The notes beneath the pieces were generated by a model that worked only from the letters and a program-made list of their open reading frames with translations, did no database searches and had not been told where the DNA came from. 64,000 bases of DNA, taken from the NCBI GenBank assembly GCA_963736025.1, contig CAVTNH010000002.1:595351-659350 (forward strand), read 5' to 3'. This DNA comes from an uncultured Chloroflexia bacterium (GTDB lineage Bacteria; Chloroflexota; Limnocylindria; Limnocylindrales; CSP1-4). Positions 1 to 7,600 of this stretch are shown piece by piece. The translations under genes were made by a program, and so were the position numbers. Each line of letters opens with the position of its first letter. Positions within the stretch are counted from its first letter, which is position 1.

Positions 1-527
1 ACCACGTGTTTCCGCGATCGAGGCGACCGCACGGCCAGGACCGCATCGGTGAGCGTGTCGACCGCGACGACCTCCACGCCGTCGACGAGTCGCGCCTCGT
101 CGGCGGCGCCGCTCGCCACGACGACTGCCCGGACCCCGCGGCGGGCGAGTGCCGCGACCATCGGCAGCACGCCCGGGACCGCTCGGACCTCGCCACCGAG
201 TGACAGTTCGCCGACCATCGCCAGCCGACGCGGGGCGGCCCGGATCTGCTCCGAGCCGAGCAGGATCCCGATCGCCATCGCGAGATCGAGCGAGGAGCCG
301 GCCTTGCGCAGGTCCGCCGGCGCGAGGTTGACGGTGATCCGCCGCGGAGGATGGATGAACCCGGCATTGCGGAGCGCACCGCGGACCCGCTCCCGGGCCT
401 CCTGGAGGGCCGTGTCGGGCAGGCCAACGATGGTGAAGCCCGGCAGGCCGGGCGCGACGTCCACCTCGACGCGGATGAACCGGCCCTCGAGGCCGAACAG
501 CGTGGCGGACGGGATGATGGCCAGCAC
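1..527 (-). CDS. YifB/ComM-family Mg-chelatase-like AAA+ ATPase, N-terminal Lon-protease-like part. The gene continues past the window start.
   Basis: Own minus-strand translation from GTG at 527: VLAIIPSATLFGLEGRFIRVEVDVAPGLPGFTIVGLPDTALQEARERVRGALRNAGF...ITVNLAPADLRKAGSSLDLAMAIGIL, a typical YifB N-terminus. It is absent from the ORF track because the window edge truncates it. Confidence 0.8.
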   Translation of the reverse strand, partial: MLAIIPSATLFGLEGRFIRVEVDVAPGLPGFTIVGLPDTALQEARERVRGALRNAGFIHPPRRITVNLAPADLRKAGSSLDLAMAIGILLGSEQIRAAPRRLAMVGELSLGGEVRAVPGVLPMVAALARRGVRAVVVASGAADEARLVDGVEVVAVDTLTDAVLAVRSPRSRKHV

Positions 528-540
528 GCGGCCACCCTAT

Positions 541-605
541 CGAGGCGCAGTCACCCGGGGCTCACCTCGGGATCACCAACCGCTCACCCGCGGCTCACCG
601 CCTCG
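541..605. repeat. Five TCACC direct repeats at an exact 11-bp period, flanked by a 7-bp inverted repeat
   Basis: TCACC starts at 551, 562, 573, 584 and 595. CGAGGCG (541-547) is the reverse complement of CGCCTCG (599-605). The array fills the gap between the REC-CpaE stop (619) and the yifB start (527). Confidence 0.85.
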
Positions 606-618
606 TGGCGGCCCGAGT

Positions 619-1791
619 TCAGCGGGCCGTGACGGCCTTCGCGGTCGAGGGTGTCGTGACCGGCTTGTCGATCGTCCGCGCGAAGTGCAGCAGCGACCCG
701 CCGAGCGCCGAATTGGCCTTCATGAACATGAACGGGGCACCGGAGTTCAGCGCGCTGATGGCGCCTCGGTACTCGTTCACGATCTGGTGGTCGATCGTGC
801 GGCGCAGGGCGCCCTCGGCGTTCTTGACGTTGATCCCGGTGAACGCGTTCGAGCGGTTGAGGACCAGCTGGACCTTGCTCGGCGGGTAGCCGAGGTGGTC
901 GACGGTCTCGAGGATCAGGCGGACGTTCTTCAGGCACGACAGGTCGGCGGTCATGACCACGAAGATCGTGTCGGCCGCCTCGAAGACGCCGAGGTTGACG
1001 TCGTCGAGCCGCTTGTCGATGTCGATGACGACGTAGTCGTACTGCGCCCGCAGGAACTCGCTGATGAGCGGCAGGTGGTCGGGATGGACCAGCTCCGCGG
1101 TCTCGGGCGAGGGTGGCGCGAGCAGCAGGTCGACGCCCGAATCGTGCTTGACGAGCACGGACCTGATGAGGTCGCCGTCGATCGAGGTCGCGGTCACGAC
1201 GTCGACGATGCTCTTGCGATCGAGCCCGAGGTCGAGGAAGACCCGGTGGTCGCCGAACTGGAGGTTGCCATCGACCAGGCAGACCTTGCGGCCGAGCTCG
1301 CGGTGCAGGGCGATCGCGACGTTGATCGCGATGGTCGTGGTGCCGACGCCGCCCTTCGCCCCGTAGAAGGCGAGGATGTTGCCCATCGGGGGCCGGGCGG
1401 CCAGCACGTCGCGCGGGGCGAACCGGGCGAGGAGGCTCTTGATGCGCGCCAGCAGCTCGGCCGGGTGGAACGGCTTGATCAGGTAGTCGTCGGCGCCGGC
1501 GCGCAGGCCGCGGACCTTCTGCTCGACCTCACGCTCGGCGGTGAGCATGATGATCGGGACGTGGGCCGGCGGCTCCTCCTCGGCCCGGATCTTCGTCGCG
1601 ACCTGGTAGCCGTCGAGCTTCGGCAGCGCGACGTCGAGCAGGATCAGGTCCGGCGCATCGGTGCCCCACAGCCGGAATCCCTCGGCGCCGTCCGCGGCCA
1701 CGATGACGTCGTAGCCCTCCTGCTTGAGCGTGTACTGCAGGAGTCGCTGGACGTTCTGGTCGTCATCGACGATGAGGATCTTGGCCGCCAT
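619..1791 (-). CDS. Response-regulator receiver domain fused to a CpaE/TadZ/MinD-like P-loop ATPase
   Basis: 390-aa ORF. The receiver motifs are canonical: VDDD, LLDVALP, MLTA, IKPF. The ParA/MinD-fold domain carries the Walker A variant AKGGVGTTT plus VVIDID. A GGAGG lies 4 nt upstream of the ATG. Confidence 0.85.
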   Translation of the reverse strand: MAAKILIVDDDQNVQRLLQYTLKQEGYDVIVAADGAEGFRLWGTDAPDLILLDVALPKLDGYQVATKIRAEEEPPAHVPIIMLTAEREVEQKVRGLRAGADDYLIKPFHPAELLARIKSLLARFAPRDVLAARPPMGNILAFYGAKGGVGTTTIAINVAIALHRELGRKVCLVDGNLQFGDHRVFLDLGLDRKSIVDVVTATSIDGDLIRSVLVKHDSGVDLLLAPPSPETAELVHPDHLPLISEFLRAQYDYVVIDIDKRLDDVNLGVFEAADTIFVVMTADLSCLKNVRLILETVDHLGYPPSKVQLVLNRSNAFTGINVKNAEGALRRTIDHQIVNEYRGAISALNSGAPFMFMKANSALGGSLLHFARTIDKPVTTPSTAKAVTAR

Positions 1792-1856
1792 CGGTCCTCC
1801 GCGGGCGTTCTCGTTGGACAGGAGCGCGCCGGCTCTGGGGACCCCCGGCGTCGCGA

Positions 1857-1862
1857 ATTATA
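1857..1862 (-). promoter_or_regulatory. Candidate -10 box (TATAAT on the minus strand) upstream of the REC-CpaE gene
   Basis: Perfect TATAAT hexamer about 65 nt upstream of the start at 1791, in an otherwise GC-rich spacer. I found no convincing -35. Confidence 0.3.
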
Positions 1863-1938
1863 GGCTCACGTCCCCCGAGCGAAGCGTGCCCAGCGCGGTG
1901 CATGTGGTCAACGGGCCATTTGTACCATCGGCGGCTGG

Positions 1939-2928
1939 TCAGGAAGCGGGAGCCTGGCCCTCGGGCGGCGGCGGTGCGGCGGGGGCGGGCGGCGGCGTCG
2001 CGGGCGGGGGCGGCTGGATCCCCTTCGGTCGCGGTCCCAGGGGCCCACCGGAGCCGCCCACGACCGGCTCGATGTAGTCGAGGAACGGCTCCAGCCAGCG
2101 GGTGAACTCGAACGGGATGACGAACTTCGTCGACGCCCCGGCACCGAGTGCCTTCAGCGCCTCGAGGTACTGCAGCGCCATCGTCTTCTGGTCCACGCCC
2201 GACGCGGCGTTGAAGATGCGCGTCAGCGCCTCACTGAACCCCTCGGCCCGCAGGATGGCCGCCTGCCGCTCGCCCTCGGCCTTGAGGATCTCGGACTGCT
2301 TCTGGCCCTCGGCGACGTTGATCGCGGACTGCCGGGCGCCCTCCGATTCGGTGATGACCGCGCGCCGCGTCCGCTCGGCGGAGAGCATCCGGTTCATCGA
2401 GTCGAGGATGTCGCGGGGCGGTGTGATCTCGCGGATCTCGACGCGGGTGATCTTGCCGCCCCAGTTCTCGGTGATCTCGTCGAGCTTCGTGCGCAGGACC
2501 TCGTTGATCTGGTCGCGCTTCGAGAGCACGTCGTCGAGCAGGAAGTCGCCCACGACCGCGCGCAGGTTCGTCGTGGCCAGGCCGGCCAGCGCTCCCACGA
2601 AGTCCTGGACGTTCACGACGCTCTTGAGCGGCTCGACGATCCGCCAGTAGATGAGGAAGTCGATGGGGATCGTCACGTTGTCCTTCGTGATCGCCGTCTG
2701 GCTGGGCACCTCGACGAACTGCTCGCGCAGGTTGACCTTCCGCGGTCGGTCGACGAACGGGATGAGGAACACGAGGCCCGGGCCCTTGACCAGCGACTCA
2801 TCGGTGTTGCCGAGGCGGTAGACGACGAGCTGGTCGCCCCGGTTCACGACCCGGATCGACAGCCACAGGATCACCAGGATCAGGACGACCGCGAAGATGA
2901 GCGAGATCAGGAACGGCAGTTCAGGCAT
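1939..2928 (-). CDS. SPFH/band-7 (stomatin/prohibitin-like) membrane protein with a Pro-rich C-terminal tail
   Basis: 329 aa with an N-terminal TM helix. SPFH core motifs present (VPSQTAITKDNV, EIREITPP, coiled AEGE/ILRAEG region). Overlaps the upstream NfeD gene by 8 nt. Confidence 0.9.
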   Translation of the reverse strand: MPELPFLISLIFAVVLILVILWLSIRVVNRGDQLVVYRLGNTDESLVKGPGLVFLIPFVDRPRKVNLREQFVEVPSQTAITKDNVTIPIDFLIYWRIVEPLKSVVNVQDFVGALAGLATTNLRAVVGDFLLDDVLSKRDQINEVLRTKLDEITENWGGKITRVEIREITPPRDILDSMNRMLSAERTRRAVITESEGARQSAINVAEGQKQSEILKAEGERQAAILRAEGFSEALTRIFNAASGVDQKTMALQYLEALKALGAGASTKFVIPFEFTRWLEPFLDYIEPVVGGSGGPLGPRPKGIQPPPPATPPPAPAAPPPPEGQAPAS

Positions 2929-4298
2929 CGATGTCTCCGTTGGGGGCCGGTGCTCCGGCCGCAGGTTCGATGGGTTCCACGATGAGCCGCAGGCCGTCCC
3001 GGCGGATGACGCGGACCGGTGTGCCGGACGGGATCGTCGCGCCGGCCTCGGTCCGGGCCGTCCACTCCTCGCCGGAAGCGTAGACCACGCCCTCGGGCAG
3101 CAACGGGGTCCGCACGAGGCCCATGGACCCCGCCCCCACGATCGGACCGGTCGTGGTCATGAGCGTCGCTCCCATCCGCCGTCGCCAGCGGACGACGACG
3201 AACAGCACGAACGCCACGTACAGCGCGGTCAGCCCGGTCACGACCACGATGATCGCCGGGTCGACCGCGATCGCCGGTGCGGTCGGCGTCCCGGGCGCCG
3301 TGTAGAGCGCCGAGGCGCCCAGCGCGAAGCAGATGATCCCGCCGATCGTGAGCAGCCCGTGACTCGTGACCGTGAACTCGAGGACGAACAGCGCGATCGC
3401 GAGGCCGATGAGGAGCAGCCCGGCGACGTTGAGGGGCAGGCTGCCGAAGCCGATGAACGCGAGGATCAGCGCGAGGGCGCCCAGGATGCCGGTCACGAAG
3501 TTCGGACTCTGGAGTTCGAACAGGAGCCCGTAGAACCCGAGCGTGAACAGGATGAACGCGACGTTCGGGTCGGACAGCAGGTGGAGCAGCGACTGGAACG
3601 GGTTCATCGCGAGCTCCGTCGTGCCGGCCCCGGCCGTCGAGATGACGACCGGCTGGCCGCGGACCTCGACGGTCCGGCCGTCGGCGAAGGCCAGCACGGC
3701 CTCGAGGCTGTCGGCCATGCCGTCGACGGCACCGACGGAGACGGCCTCGGTGGCCGGCGACGAGCGGGCTTCCGAGACCGTCTGCTCGGCCCATTCGATG
3801 TTGCGGCCGCGCTCCTCGGCGATCGAGTGGATGTTGGCGATCGCATCGTTGCGCACCTTGTCGCCGAGCGTGCCCGGGATGTCCTCGCCCTGGCCCCCGA
3901 CCGGCGACGCCGCGCCGATGTTCGTGCCGGGGGCCATCAGCGCCACGTGACTGGCGAGCGTGATGAACGTGCCGGCACTCGCGGCCCGGCCGCCCGACGG
4001 GGCGACCCACACGATCGTCGGCAGCGGGGCGTCCATGAGCGCCATGACGATCTTCTGCGTGGCGTCGAGGCTGCCGCCCGGGGTGTTGAGGCGGATGATC
4101 ACGGCCGGCGCCCCCTCGGCGGCGGCCTTCGCGATGCCCTCCTCGAGGTAGCCCGCGAGCACGTTGTCCACGACCCCGGTCGCCGGCAGGACGGCCACGT
4201 CGCCGCTCGGCCGCGCGGACCGGCCCCCCGGCGAGCAGCCCGATGAGCCCGAGCAGGAGCGGGAACGCGAACAGGAACCGGCCGATACGACGGGTCAC
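2921..4298 (-). CDS. NfeD-family membrane-bound ClpP-class serine protease. The N-terminal signal/TM segment is in a different frame from the body.
   Basis: Body ORF 2921-4198: LNTPGGSLDA, SAGTFI, multi-TM block, C-terminal NfeD OB domain. GTG at 4298 is preceded by GGAGG and encodes MTRRIGRFLFAFPLLLGLIGLLAGGPVRAAE in another frame. The frame change lies about 4199-4235, which includes a C6 run at 4224-4229. Confidence 0.8.
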
Positions 4299-4314
4299 AC
4301 GACCTCCGACGACC

Positions 4315-4926
4315 CTATCGTACTGCCGAAGCCTCGAGATACTCGAAGGTCAATCTGCTCCACGTCTCGAGCTTGTCCGCGACGGCCGCGACCTCGGCCG
4401 GCTCCGCGAACGAACCCTCGAGCTTGTCGAGCTCCCGGATCGCGACGGGCCGGCCCTCGGCGTCCGCCACGTACACCGCGCCGAGGTGGACCGAGCCGAC
4501 CTCGGTCGTGTCGTCGTTGAGGAGCGCGACCAGCCGGAACGCCGGTTCGAAGTCGGCGGCGACCTCCTCCGCCCACTCGCGCCTGAGGCCGCCGGCGAGG
4601 TCCTTGTCGCCGGGGTTGAGGTGGCCGCCCACGCCGATCGAGTACCGATCGAACAGCCGCGCGTCACCGCCGGCACGGGTCCGGCGCATCAGGAAGAAGC
4701 GCTCGCCGTCACGCAGCACGAGGTACGGGATCACCTGCTTGAAGGACGGGTCGATCTCCATCGCCGGGCGCGGACGGAACGACCCCTCGCGCGCGACGAG
4801 ATCGGCGAAGCCGTCGAGGCCGTCCGTGCGCAGGCCGTACCAGCCACCGTGGTCGGGCAGGACGTCGCGCGGCACGACCAGCACCAGCTCATCCACCGGG
4901 GTCGGTCTCGAGGCGTGCCTTCGCAT
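4315..4926 (-). CDS. Nudix-like phosphoesterase (MutT-superfamily, COG4112-like)
   Basis: 203 aa with a degenerate Nudix box, GGHLNPGDKDLAGGLRREWAEEV. An alternative GTG start at 4896 would leave an 8-nt overlap with tyrA. Confidence 0.6.
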   Translation of the reverse strand: MRRHASRPTPVDELVLVVPRDVLPDHGGWYGLRTDGLDGFADLVAREGSFRPRPAMEIDPSFKQVIPYLVLRDGERFFLMRRTRAGGDARLFDRYSIGVGGHLNPGDKDLAGGLRREWAEEVAADFEPAFRLVALLNDDTTEVGSVHLGAVYVADAEGRPVAIRELDKLEGSFAEPAEVAAVADKLETWSRLTFEYLEASAVR

Positions 4927-5782
4927 TGGCGAGCCGCGCCTCGATGGCTGCCTCGTCGGGACCGGGCGACCGCTCGAGCTCGACGAGCCACGCGTCGATC
5001 ACGGCCCGCAGGTCGCGGAGCCGTGCGGCGATGGCCGGCCCGTTCGTCGCCGCGATCGCCGCGCCCATCGCCGGGTCGCCGCGGGCGAGACGGGTCGTGT
5101 CGCGCCAGCCCGACGCCGCCAGGTCGTGCGCCTCCGGCCAGTCCGGCCGCGGCTGACCCTCCGGCGAACCTGCCACGGCCTCGACCAGCGAGGCTGCGAC
5201 GACGAGCGGCAGGTGGCTGATCGCGGCGACCACCTCGTCGTGGGCCGCGGCGGCCATCACGACCGGCCGGGCGCCGCAGGCCGCCGCCAGCGAGGCGACG
5301 GCGGCCACATCGGCCGTGCTCGCCGCCGCGCCCGGCACGAGCACCCAGGGCCGTCCTGCGAACAGGTCCGCGGTCGCCGCACCGTAACCGGCCGCGTCCC
5401 GGCCGGCCATCGGGTGGCCACCGACGTACCGCAGCCGATGTGCGTCGGCGCGCGCGACGAGCTGCCCTTTCGTGCTCGCCACGTCCGTCACGACCGCACC
5501 CGCGACCAGCGACCCGGACCACGGCCCCGCCAGGGCATCGAGGAGATCCAGGCAGTCGGAGGCGGGTGCCGCGAGGACCACGAGCTCGGCCCCGGCCAGG
5601 GCCTCCGGGCCGGTCGCCGCGACCTGGTCCAGCACGCCGTCCGCGAGCGCACGGGCAGGGCCGCCGCCGGTCGGGCTCCACCCGACCAGGTCCCACCCGT
5701 GGGGCTCGGCCAGACGCAACGCGCGGGCGATCGATCCGGCGATCAGCCCGAAGCCGAGGAACGCGACGCGGACGCGACGCAC
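4889..5782 (-). CDS. tyrA: Prephenate dehydrogenase
   Basis: Rossmann N-terminus VRVAFLGFGLIAGS, GGHPMAG motif, HDEVVAAISHLP. GTG at 5782 is preferred over the track start at 5875 because it puts the GxGxxG at the N-terminus and avoids overlapping the upstream small ORF. Confidence 0.8.
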   Translation of the reverse strand: MRRVRVAFLGFGLIAGSIARALRLAEPHGWDLVGWSPTGGGPARALADGVLDQVAATGPEALAGAELVVLAAPASDCLDLLDALAGPWSGSLVAGAVVTDVASTKGQLVARADAHRLRYVGGHPMAGRDAAGYGAATADLFAGRPWVLVPGAAASTADVAAVASLAAACGARPVVMAAAAHDEVVAAISHLPLVVAASLVEAVAGSPEGQPRPDWPEAHDLAASGWRDTTRLARGDPAMGAAIAATNGPAIAARLRDLRAVIDAWLVELERSPGPDEAAIEARLANAKARLETDPGG

Positions 5783-5801
5783 GGACGACGGGCCGGCCGG
5801 A

Positions 5802-6092
5802 TCAGTCGACCCAGCCAGGGTCGTTGCCGGACAGCGGTCCGCCGGTCGGACCGCCACCGCGTCGGCGGCGGCCACGGCGGTCAGTCGAGCGACGTTCCGC
5901 GTCGGACTCCGGCGGACCCGGATCGTCGGGCGGGTTCAGACGGCGATTCGTCAGGCGCCGCTCGGCGTCGCGCCGCTCGTCGTTGAGCAATGCCCCACAT
6001 CGTGGACAGCGCCGCTCCTCGGCGAACAGCGACTCGAGTGGGACCGTTGTGTAGATCTGCCGACCGCACGCGCGACAGGCCAGCTTGGGCAT
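5802..6092 (-). CDS. Small zinc-ribbon protein (CxxC...CxxC) with an Arg-rich, disordered tail
   Basis: MPKLACRACGRQIYTTVPLESLFAEERRCPRCGALL followed by an R/D/P-rich tail. The ATG directly abuts the TrpB2 stop codon with no spacer. Confidence 0.55.
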   Translation of the reverse strand: MPKLACRACGRQIYTTVPLESLFAEERRCPRCGALLNDERRDAERRLTNRRLNPPDDPGPPESDAERRSTDRRGRRRRGGGPTGGPLSGNDPGWVD

Positions 6093-7478
6093 CTAGATCA
6101 CCGGGAGCGAGGCCAGCGCGGCCTCGACCTTCTCGAGCGGGTACTCGTAGTCCTCGAGGTCGCCCGACAGGTAGCGCTCGTAGGCCGAGAGGTCGAAGTG
6201 GCCGTGGCCGCACAGGTTGAACAGGATGACCTTGGCCTCGCCGGCCTCGCGGGCCGCCAGCGCCTCGTCCATCGCGACCCGGATGGCGTGGGTCGGTTCC
6301 GGGGCCGGCAGGATGCCCTCCGCCCGGGCGAAGGCGACGCCCGCCTCGAAGCTCGCACGCTGGTGGACGCTCCGGGCCTCGATGAAGTCGTGCTCCTTGA
6401 GCAGGCTCACGAGCGGGGACATGCCGTGGTACCGCAGGCCGCCGGCGTGGATCGGATCGGGGATGAAGTCCGACCCCAGGGTGTGCATCTTCACGATCGG
6501 CGCCATCTTGCCGGTGTCGCCGAAGTCGTACGCGTAGACGCCCCGGGTCAGGCTCGGCGCCGCCTCGGGCTCGACCGCGATGATCCGGTGCTTCGCCCCA
6601 TCGCGGAAGTTGCGGCCCAGGAACGGGAAGGTCAGGCCCGCGAAGTTCGAGCCGCCGCCGGCACAGCCGATGACGATGTCCGGGGACTCGCCCGCCATCC
6701 CCATCTGCTCGATCGCCTCCTGGCCGATGACGGTCTGGTGCAGGAGCACGTGATTCAGCACGGAACCAAGGGCGTACTTGGTGTCGTCGCGGGTCGCGGC
6801 GTCCTCGACGGCCTCGCTGATGGCCATGCCCAGCGAGCCCGGGCTGTCGGGGGTCTCGGCGAGGACCGATCGGCCGTAGTTGGTCGTGAGTGACGGGCTG
6901 GCCACGACCTCGGCGCCGTACGTCTCCATCAGGATCCGGCGATACGGCTTCTGGTCGTAGCTGGCGCGGACCATGTAGACCTTGACCTCGAGCCCGAAGA
7001 CCGCTCCTGCGAACGCGAGCGCGCTCCCCCACTGGCCCGCACCGGTCTCGGTCGCGATCCGCTTGACCCCGGCCTCCTTGTTGTAGAAGGCCTGGGCGAG
7101 CGCCGTGTTGGGCTTGTGGCTGCCGGCCGGGCTCACGCCCTCGTACTTGTAGTAGATGTGGGCCGGCGTATCGAGCGCCTTCTCCAGGCGGTGGGCGCGG
7201 TAGAGCGGGCTGGGACGGTACAGGCGATATGCGTCGCGGACCGGCTCGGGGATCTCGATCTCCCGTTCGGTCGAGACTTCCTGGCCGATGAGCGCCATCG
7301 GGAAGAGCGGGGCCAGGTCGTCCGGGCCGAGCGGCTGATGCGTGCCCGGATGGAGCGGCGGCGAACCCGGGACCGGCAGGTCGGCGGCGATGTTGTACCA
7401 GGAGCGCGGGATCCGCGATTCGTCAAGGACGAACTTCGTCTGCCGGGGGTCCGATGGCGCCATCACGCTCTCCTGCAC
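6093..7478 (-). CDS. TrpB2-type (TrpB-like) PLP-dependent enzyme, tryptophan synthase beta-chain paralogue
   Basis: 461 aa with GSHKPNTA (PLP lysine) and [11 protein letters not shown]. The long N-terminal extension is typical of the TrpB2 class. Confidence 0.9.
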   Translation of the reverse strand: MQESVMAPSDPRQTKFVLDESRIPRSWYNIAADLPVPGSPPLHPGTHQPLGPDDLAPLFPMALIGQEVSTEREIEIPEPVRDAYRLYRPSPLYRAHRLEKALDTPAHIYYKYEGVSPAGSHKPNTALAQAFYNKEAGVKRIATETGAGQWGSALAFAGAVFGLEVKVYMVRASYDQKPYRRILMETYGAEVVASPSLTTNYGRSVLAETPDSPGSLGMAISEAVEDAATRDDTKYALGSVLNHVLLHQTVIGQEAIEQMGMAGESPDIVIGCAGGGSNFAGLTFPFLGRNFRDGAKHRIIAVEPEAAPSLTRGVYAYDFGDTGKMAPIVKMHTLGSDFIPDPIHAGGLRYHGMSPLVSLLKEHDFIEARSVHQRASFEAGVAFARAEGILPAPEPTHAIRVAMDEALAAREAGEAKVILFNLCGHGHFDLSAYERYLSGDLEDYEYPLEKVEAALASLPVI

Positions 7479-7600
7479 TCAGCCCCCGACGGCATGGCGG
7501 TCGCACGAGGCCGGGGGACGCGAGCCTAGCGCGGCGGACTGGGCGGGCGCAATACGTCCGCGAGTGTGCGACGTCGTGCTCCCCCGGGCTGACGGGCGAC

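Noticed and set aside
49-1863. 604-aa plus-strand ORF spanning yifB, the repeat array and the REC-CpaE gene
   Set aside because: It is antisense to two well-supported conserved genes. The translation is Arg/Ala/Pro/Gly-rich low-information sequence, as expected from open off-frames in 70% GC DNA.
1939-4298. The SPFH-NfeD pair as a novel membrane system
   Set aside because: This is a well-known, widely conserved operon pair (stomatin-like protein plus its NfeD protease). Only the frame break at the NfeD 5' end is noteworthy.
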